Source of the DNA: Octopus vulgaris
Lineage: Eukaryota
Direction of reading: 5' to 3'
NCBI GenBank assembly: GCA_951406725.2
Contig: OX597836.1
Span: 7,006,001-7,070,000 of the forward strand
DNA: 64,000 bases
Shown in pieces: positions 56,164 through 64,000 of this stretch; within the stretch, counting starts at the first letter, position 1; each line of letters begins with the position of its first letter. The position numbers were made by a program, and so were the translations under genes. Below the pieces are notes generated by a model, which saw only the letters and a list, made by a program, of their open reading frames with translations, made no database searches and was not told the DNA's origin.

Positions 56164-56989
56164 TATAAGCATATATAGATAGATAGACAGACAGACAGAC
56201 ATAGATAGCTAGATGTATCAGTATATATGTGTGTGTATGTGTGTCTGTGTGTGTGTATAAGTATATATATATACATAGGAATATACATACATGTGTATGT
56301 ATGCGTGCACATGTGTATGTGTATATATATGTATGTATGTAAGTTTATGCATACGTGTATGTACCATATGTTCCAGGGTTCGCTGCGTATAGCGAAAGCG
56401 GAAAGGTCGCGGATGGAAGGCCTTTGATCATAGATCTGCTTCATCAGAGCTGACCTGGGGATAAAAACAAACAAAAAAAAACCAAGACCCCTTCCCCGAC
56501 CTCATCCCCTCACCTAACCTCCAAATCCATGCCTTCGTCAAATAAATGACAGTTAACTGCCATCTCCCACTACAACTCCCGACCGATTTTTACTCCTACC
56601 ACTTCACAAGTCAATACATTCCATTCCTCCTACTCCGCCATCGACGTCCTTCAATTCCGAACATCCATCTCCCAACCTCTTACTAAATCTTTCTTCCTCC
56701 TACCATCTCACAACTCACCATCTCCCACCGCCACCAAGCCACGCTTTCGTCACGTTCCATCACTTTTCAAACCTCCATATTCCAATTCCTGAAATCGACC
56801 GATATTTCCTCCCACTATCAAAACGACTCACACCAGCTCCTACGACTACTACTCAGTGACGTCAAGCGCACTCCCACCACCTCGTAGCTGTCAATCTCTC
56901 ACCGCCACTCGCCTACAGTATCATCAAATGTTAAATCTCTGTGTCCGTAACATATTGATCTATTTGGAAGACGTAGTCGATATGACAGC

Positions 56990-57047
<58 letters not shown>

Positions 57048-57334
57048 TGAACAAGCACACACATGCACACGAACACACACACGCACACACATGCACACGA
57101 ACACACACACGCACACACATGCACATCACAAGGAAACACTCGATATCAATTTTTATGATATATGTCTGTTCCAATACATACATGCACAAACGCACATGCA
57201 TATACAAACAACCACAAACACAGACAAACACACGCACACACACACACACACATACACACATACACACACTCGTGTATAATACTGAAGAGCTAGGTTCGTT
57301 TTACATGCTCACAAAATCTTACATAGAGTTAGAC

Positions 57335-57390
<56 letters not shown>

Positions 57391-57391
57391 T

Positions 57392-58003
57392 AGGTGCAGG
57401 TGTAGCTGTGTAGTAGGAAGTTTGCTTCCTAACCACATGATTCCAGGTTCAGTTCCACTGCCTTGCACCTTCGGCTAGTGTCTTCTACTATAACCGCGGG
57501 CTGACCAAAGCCTTCGTTGACCTTCGAAACGCGGAGTAGATGAAACAGAGGCGACTGAAGAAGGGGAATTTCCCTTGTGTTATATGTCCTGTACTCTATT
57601 TTTTGGTTAAGAAAAATGTCCATTTCCTTGGTTTCATGTTTATGTTTTCGTTTCTCATTGTGTTCGACGTTTTTTTTCTTTTTGGTGTCCTGTACCCATT
57701 TATGCATGTATATATACATGTAGATATAGGTACGTACATATATGTATGTATATATGCATCTGTTTTATTTATTAATTTGTTATTATATATATATATATAG
57801 TGTTTCAAATCGGCATATAAAGTGTGTGTTTGTGTGTTTGTTTCTTTGTTTGCCCCGCACCACCGGTTGACAACCGGTATTGGTTTCTTTACGGCCCCGT
57901 AAATAAGCAGTTTGGTAAATGAACCCAACAGAATAAGTACCAGATTCCTCTAGACGGTGCCCCAGCATGACCGCAGTCTAATGGCTGAAAGAAGATAAAA
58001 GAT
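57392..58003 (+). mobile_element. SINE family B interrupted by a Penelope-type terminal fragment (about 57515-57800)
   Basis: Family B 5' part at 57392-57513, 3' part at 57825-58003. Confidence 0.7.
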
Positions 58004-58199
58004 GTACGTATGCAAATGTAAGAGTGTGTATACGAATGTCAAAAAAGTTAAGTGTAATAAAAGAAAAGTTCATAATTACTTCTTACTCGTCTCAACAGAG
58101 ACCACGTTTTGGTGTTTTGTGTGTGAGAACATAATGGCTCTTTTTGTGCGTTGACTAGAATCGTTGACTGTAGCCAACGATTCTAATCACCGCAGATAT

Positions 58200-58700
58200 G
58201 AAATTGACTCCTCGCTTCTTATCCGTAACTAGATGGATCCTTATCGCGACCGTATTATAAAAAAACTTCTTCGCAATTGTTGGACCAAAATGAAGCACCG
58301 AAAAATTTCCCTAAACCCGAGCTCTTCAAGAAGAAGGCTATGGTGAATGTTTGATGGTGTACTGATAGACTCATCCATTATAACTTCTTAAAATCAGGAA
58401 GATCCATTACAGCAGAAACATATTGACATGAAATTGCCAGCATGAACGAAAAACTCCTACTCTTCCGCCCCAAACTGGTCAACAGAAAATGGCCAATCAT
58501 TCTTCATGACAATGCTCGACCAGGCGTTTCACTACTCACGCTCCAGGAGTTGAGGGAATTTAGCTACGAAGTTCTTCCCCACCCAGCTTTTTTCCCAGAC
58601 CTTTCTCCTACCGACTACCACTTCTTCAAGCACTATGTTGGTTCCCTGCGAGAGAAGGGCTTCAAAAATCAAAACGATGCTGAAATTGCGTTCAAAGATA
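58200..58700 (+). mobile_element. Mariner transposase C-terminal fragment (DD34D)
   Basis: KKAMV, ITAETY, ILHDNARP, HPAFFPDLSPTDYHFFKH. Confidence 0.9.
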
Positions 58701-58716
58701 AATTAATATATAGTCC

Positions 58717-58868
<152 letters not shown>

Positions 58869-58869
58869 G

Positions 58870-59362
58870 TCATCATGTACATTGTTTTGTCTTGGTATAG
58901 AAGATGGGCTACAGCAAATATTCTGCTCAATACCACAGATTTGCTTGTCAGTTGTTTGACCTTAACCAGTTGAGCATGTCCCTTAGTGGCTGACTATATG
59001 TGCATCTCTGATCACGAGCAGAAGTAGTGGGGGAGCATCATAGCCATGTGTTGAGAGGGATTCTTTGGGGTTTGAATAATTCACCTCTGGAAACATGGGT
59101 GTTTCGTTCAACATCCTTAAGCAACCATTATTCAGGGACCTTTTGAGCGGAATGGGCTACTCAATCAGAAGGAAATTCTAACTGGGCCCCACATGCAAGG
59201 TCATGTGCTGTTTATCTTGATATGAGAACACCATGTCGCGCACATATGGCTGTGATGCATGTGCCTAGTGTACCCTTTCAGGCGGGTAATCATGATGGGT
59301 ATACTGGGCTTCGTATATTTTACCCCAGTGTCACTTTGATGGCATGCACTGCTCTCTCACTC
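58870..59362 (+). mobile_element. (TAA)n-flanked non-coding element, copy 2
   Basis: Matches 54841-55310 (-); sits between (AAT)n arrays at 58717-58868 and 59363-59440. Confidence 0.8.
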
Positions 59363-59441
<79 letters not shown>

Positions 59442-59654
59442 GGAGACCTAAAAATAGGCCAAGGAAAACTATTTGGTCCACCCCTCGCATTACCCCTAAT
59501 ATAAAAGCAGATTTTTATGTTAACGAAATAAACAAACCTGTAATTCGTTGGCCATAATCTGTTGATGGTAATGGTACTTATTTTGATGAATAAAATTTCT
59601 GCATTGTTGAAATATATTGTGAGGAATTCCATGTTTCAAAACGTATATACACAC

Positions 59655-59862
59655 ACGTGACCTCGTGTGTACCGTTGGCGATTTTTTTCCCTCTGTCTTC
59701 CCTTCTCTGGATCTTTCCTTCTCCTATGTCTCCGACGAAGAGCTCCGCTCGAAATGTTAAGCCCTCCTTCTTCCCTTCTTTCCTGAGCGTCCAATAATAC
59801 TATATTTGTTCCACGTCCTCGCGTTGTTGTGTTTTCTCTTTTGTGTTTGCATGTTTGGATTA
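59655..59862 (+). mobile_element. Penelope-like terminal repeat with hammerhead variant
   Basis: CCGACGA-agagctccgctc-GAAA-tg-tt; same unit as 12586. Confidence 0.7.
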
Positions 59863-59884
59863 TATATATATATATATATATATA

Positions 59885-60017
<133 letters not shown>

Positions 60018-60142
60018 GACATCTCGTATTTTTAGAGAGTTACTATATATATATATATATATATATATAGTCGTTGTTCTAAAGTCACTACGCATTAGAC
60101 GTTGACTTTATTTTCCCTGCAGTGTGAGCGCGGCGCCAATCA

Positions 60143-60185
<43 letters not shown>

Positions 60186-60194
60186 TACATATAG

Positions 60195-60230
<36 letters not shown>

Positions 60231-60279
60231 CTTTTATATATATATATATATATACACATTTATATATATATATAACGGG

Positions 60280-60790
60280 AAGCTTTATGAAAATAGACAA
60301 AAGACGAAGGCAGGTTTACGGAAATAAACAAAAGACGAAGGCAGGTGGAATACAAACAAACAATTGTATTAGTATGGCGCTCAGGAAATATAAATAAATA
60401 TACCCTGCTCTTGTTCAGGCAATACCGATTGGAAACACTATAAACGAAATATCTGTGCTGGTTGTTCAGCAAGAAATTGCAGCAACTTCGTGTTTTCTAT
60501 GTCAGGAGAATCCACTATATATATAGTTGGAATTTACAAAAAAAAAAGACGAAGACACGAAGACAGGTGTGTAAACAACAACCAGGTGTGTTACTTTAAC
60601 GCTCGGGAAGGTGGGAAAGTCTTTCTGGGATCGAGCCTATGCTCTTCAACAGAAAGATACATGAGAAAATAAGCAGAGACAGAATAAAAAATGCTTTAAT
60701 GGCTAGCGGTCAATCATGGCGATGACCGGACAGAGGTGGTCAGACAGGAGAGCTAGGAAGAAGGGGAGATAATAAAGTAGTGGTGATCCC
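60280..60790 (-). mobile_element. Penelope-like terminal fragments
   Basis: Duplicated aaaagacgaag...caggtg...aaaca units and an eroded gaagagcataggctcga stem-II motif related to 63372-63407. Confidence 0.45.
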
Positions 60791-60986
60791 AAAACGATTG
60801 CTTTTGCTGAATCGCTAAGTTACTGGAGTGTAAACACACTAACACCGGTTGTCAAGCAGCTGTAAAGGACAAACACACACAGACAGATGAAAGAGACATA
60901 CTGACAGACAGACAAGCAGATAGATAGATGGAGTGATGTAGGGGTGGAGGGATGGATGGACAAACAGACAGAAAGACACACAGACT

Positions 60987-61020
<34 letters not shown>

Positions 61021-61050
61021 TAGACAGACAGACAGACAGATAGATAGATC

Positions 61051-61125
<75 letters not shown>

Positions 61126-62067
61126 GAATGGATGGATGGATGGACAGGCAGACAGACAGATGGACAGGCAGACAGACAGATGGAGAGGCAGACAGACAGA
61201 TGGACAGACAGACAGACAGACACATAGCTAGAAAGAACCCTGTTATTTAGTTGTGACAATGGAAGTCCTCGCCTTCTGCCAATATACTACCATAAAAAAT
61301 GCCGTTCGTTATTGCATTTGACCATCAAAATATCGCGTGACACATATATAGAAAATCGATATATAGGATAATCAATACTAAACTGACTTGATATGATTAA
61401 TACTTGAGCTGATACTATAAAACTATGATATATCATCCGATATCATATACATTTCATGGCGTCACGTGTTGATATCTTATAGAGACATGGTAATTTCACT
61501 AACAGAAACGGGCATGTATGTGTGTGTGTGTATATATATGCATGTATGTATACGTGTGTGTGTATTTTATATACATAGATAGATATTTGTGTATGTGTGT
61601 GCGTACATGTGTGTGTTTTTCTGTGTGTGTGTAAGTATGTATATATGCATATATGCATGTATGTATGTATGCATATGTGTATGTGTTCTTATATAGATAG
61701 ATATTTGTGTATATGTGTGCGTGCGTGTGTGTGTGAGTGTGTGCGTGTGTGAATGCGTGCGTGTGTAAGTGTGAGTGCTTGTCTGTGCGTATGTATGTAT
61801 ATATGCATGTATGCGTGTATGTATGTATGTATGTATGTATGTATGTATGTATGTATGTGTGTGTGTTCTTATATAGATAGATAGATAGATAGATATTCGT
61901 GTATGTGCGTGCGTGCGTGCATGTGTGTGAGTGTGTGTCTGTGTGTGCGTGTATGTATGTATATATGCATGTATGCATGTATGTATGTGCGTGTGCGTGT
62001 TTGCAGCGCACATGTATGTATGTATGGATGGGTGGATGGATCGACCGATCGATCGATCGATATCTGA

Positions 62068-62372
62068 ATGTGCGTGACTTAGTGGTTAGAAAATTCCGGC
62101 ACAAGATGGTACGGTCTTCAGTTCGATACCCGACGGCGCTTTGTGTCCTTGAGCAAGACACTTTATTCCCATTGCTCCAGTTCACTCAGTTGGCAGAAAA
62201 GGGTAGTACCAGAATTATATAGGGCCAGCCTTGTCACATCTTGTGTCACGCTGAATCCTTGAACTACCGTAAGGTTACCTGTGCCTGCGGAGTCCTCAGC
62301 CACTTGTTCATTAATTTCACAACCAAGTTGTTCCTTTGATCGGATCAATTAGGATGCTCGACCGACCGGTAG
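62068..62372 (+). mobile_element. tRNA-derived SINE, middle type D with tail type 2
   Basis: cttgagcaagacact...tgctccagttcactcag as in 18111; tail as in 12207. Confidence 0.75.
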
Positions 62373-62382
62373 ACTTTATATA

Positions 62383-62528
62383 TGTGGCTGTGTGGTAAGT
62401 AGCTTGCTTACCAACCACATGGCTCCGGGTTCAATCCCACTGCGTGATCCCTTGGGCAAATGTCTTCTACTTTAGACTCAGGCCAACCAAAGTGGATTTC
62501 GTAGACGGAAACTGAAAGAAGCTAGTCG

Positions 62529-62563
<35 letters not shown>

Positions 62564-62789
62564 AATTGTGGGTGGGTTGGTGTGGGTGTGGGTGTACGTG
62601 TGTCTATGTTTGCTCCCGCACCATCGCTTGACAACCGATGTTGGTGTGTTTACGTCGCCGTAACATCGCGGTTCGGCAAAAGAGATCAATAGAATAAGTC
62701 CTGGGTTTGATTTGTTCGACTAAAGGCGGCGCTCCAACATGGCCGCAGTCAAATGGCTGAAAGAAGTTAAAATAAAAGTAAAAGAAAAG

Positions 62790-62790
<1 letters not shown>
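62383..62790 (+). mobile_element. SINE family B, full length
   Basis: Similarity to 50855-51270. Confidence 0.88.
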
Positions 62791-62830
<40 letters not shown>

Positions 62831-62883
62831 TTTGTATTTGGTTTCAAGACGATTTATGTGAATGTGTGTATTGGAGCATATTT

Positions 62884-63030
62884 TATTGCGCCTGGGAGAG
62901 ACATTCTCTTGTAGTACCTTGTTACTTAACACACACACACCGGTTCGAGTCGAAATCGAACCAGTGGAAGTCGAACCGGTGTGTTAAGTAATAAGGCGCT
63001 AAAAGGGAATGCGTCTCCCTAGACACAATA
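62884..63030. repeat. Imperfect inverted repeat of a repeat-family end (related sequence at 20815-20950)
   Basis: ttacttaacaca..ccggttcga versus tcgaaccggtgtgttaagtaa, extending to tattg/caata. Confidence 0.7.
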
Positions 63031-63066
63031 TGTGTATGTGTGTATATGTGTGTATACATATATATG

Positions 63067-63136
<70 letters not shown>

Positions 63137-63147
63137 TAAATGTATGC

Positions 63148-63190
<43 letters not shown>

Positions 63191-63268
63191 CATGTATAAA
63201 TATATAAATGTGTGTGAATGTATGTATATATATAAATATATACATACATACATACATACATACATACA

Positions 63269-63304
<36 letters not shown>

Positions 63305-63371
63305 CATACATACATATGTGCGTATATATACATATATTCATGGGATGACGTTGAGAAACATCAGAAGGAGT

Positions 63372-63407
63372 CTTTAACGTTTCGAATCTATGCTCTTCTT
63401 CAGAAAC
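63372..63407 (-). ncRNA. Minimal hammerhead-like motif in a Penelope-type terminus
   Basis: ttt-CTGAAGA-agagcatagattc-GAAA-cgt-ta-aag. Confidence 0.45.
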
Positions 63408-63539
63408 GAGATAAAAGATGAAGAAAAAAATACGAGTATGTGAAGGGTTATTAGATGAGTATGAAGTAAGAATATATATGCATATATTTACATACATACG
63501 TACTTACATACACACACAATTACATATAAATGTATGTTG

Positions 63540-63583
<44 letters not shown>

Positions 63584-64000
63584 CATATATGCGTATTTAA
63601 CTATACACTATATATGTGTATGCGTGTTTTGTTACAGGAGCATCGTCCAATAACACAGTACTTGTTCCACGACCTCGCGTGGTTGTTTATTCTTGTTCTT
63701 GTTTTCGATTAATTGCATATGTGTATATATATATATATATGTGTGTGTGTATGTATGTATGTATGTATGTATGTATATATATATAAATATATGTATGTAT
63801 GTATGTATGTATATATATATATACAATTATAGATATTTACACCTATATATGTGTGTACTAATAAAGATATATATACATGTGTGTGTGTCAGTTCTTCTCT
63901 GTGTGTGTATGTGTGTGTGTGTATGTGTGTGTGTGTATGTGTGTGTTTCTGTTATCACATCTAAACTTGAAGCTATTATATATTTTTTACACAGAGGGAC

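Overview
Eukaryotic non-coding DNA, AT-rich and saturated with microsatellites. The repeat content (tRNA-derived SINEs with internal microsatellites, Dong/R4-, CR1- and Penelope-type retroelement debris, mariner relics) looks like an Octopus (coleoid cephalopod) genome. That assignment is from recall, not a search. I could not support any intact host gene, so the window is probably intronic or intergenic. Almost all ORFs in the track are translations of (TA)n, (CA)n, (TATG)n, (GATA)n or (TAA)n tracts. The real coding remnants are all transposon-derived: mariner transposase (4 loci), Dong/R4-like RT or RLE (5 loci), CR1 RT and Penelope RT/GIY-YIG. The most notable signals are: (1) about ten type-I hammerhead-ribozyme-like motifs, mostly in Penelope-type terminal repeats, including a complete GUC-cleaving candidate at 27611-27661 (-) and a recurrent CCGACGA (U4C) core variant; (2) modular SINEs that swap tails, share tails with LINEs in the same window, and move as head+(body)n multimers; (3) several long palindromes that could be dsRNA/ADAR substrates, plus a pre-miRNA-like hairpin; (4) small unique islands with clustered transcription-factor motifs. 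Coordinates were read by eye and boundaries are approximate.
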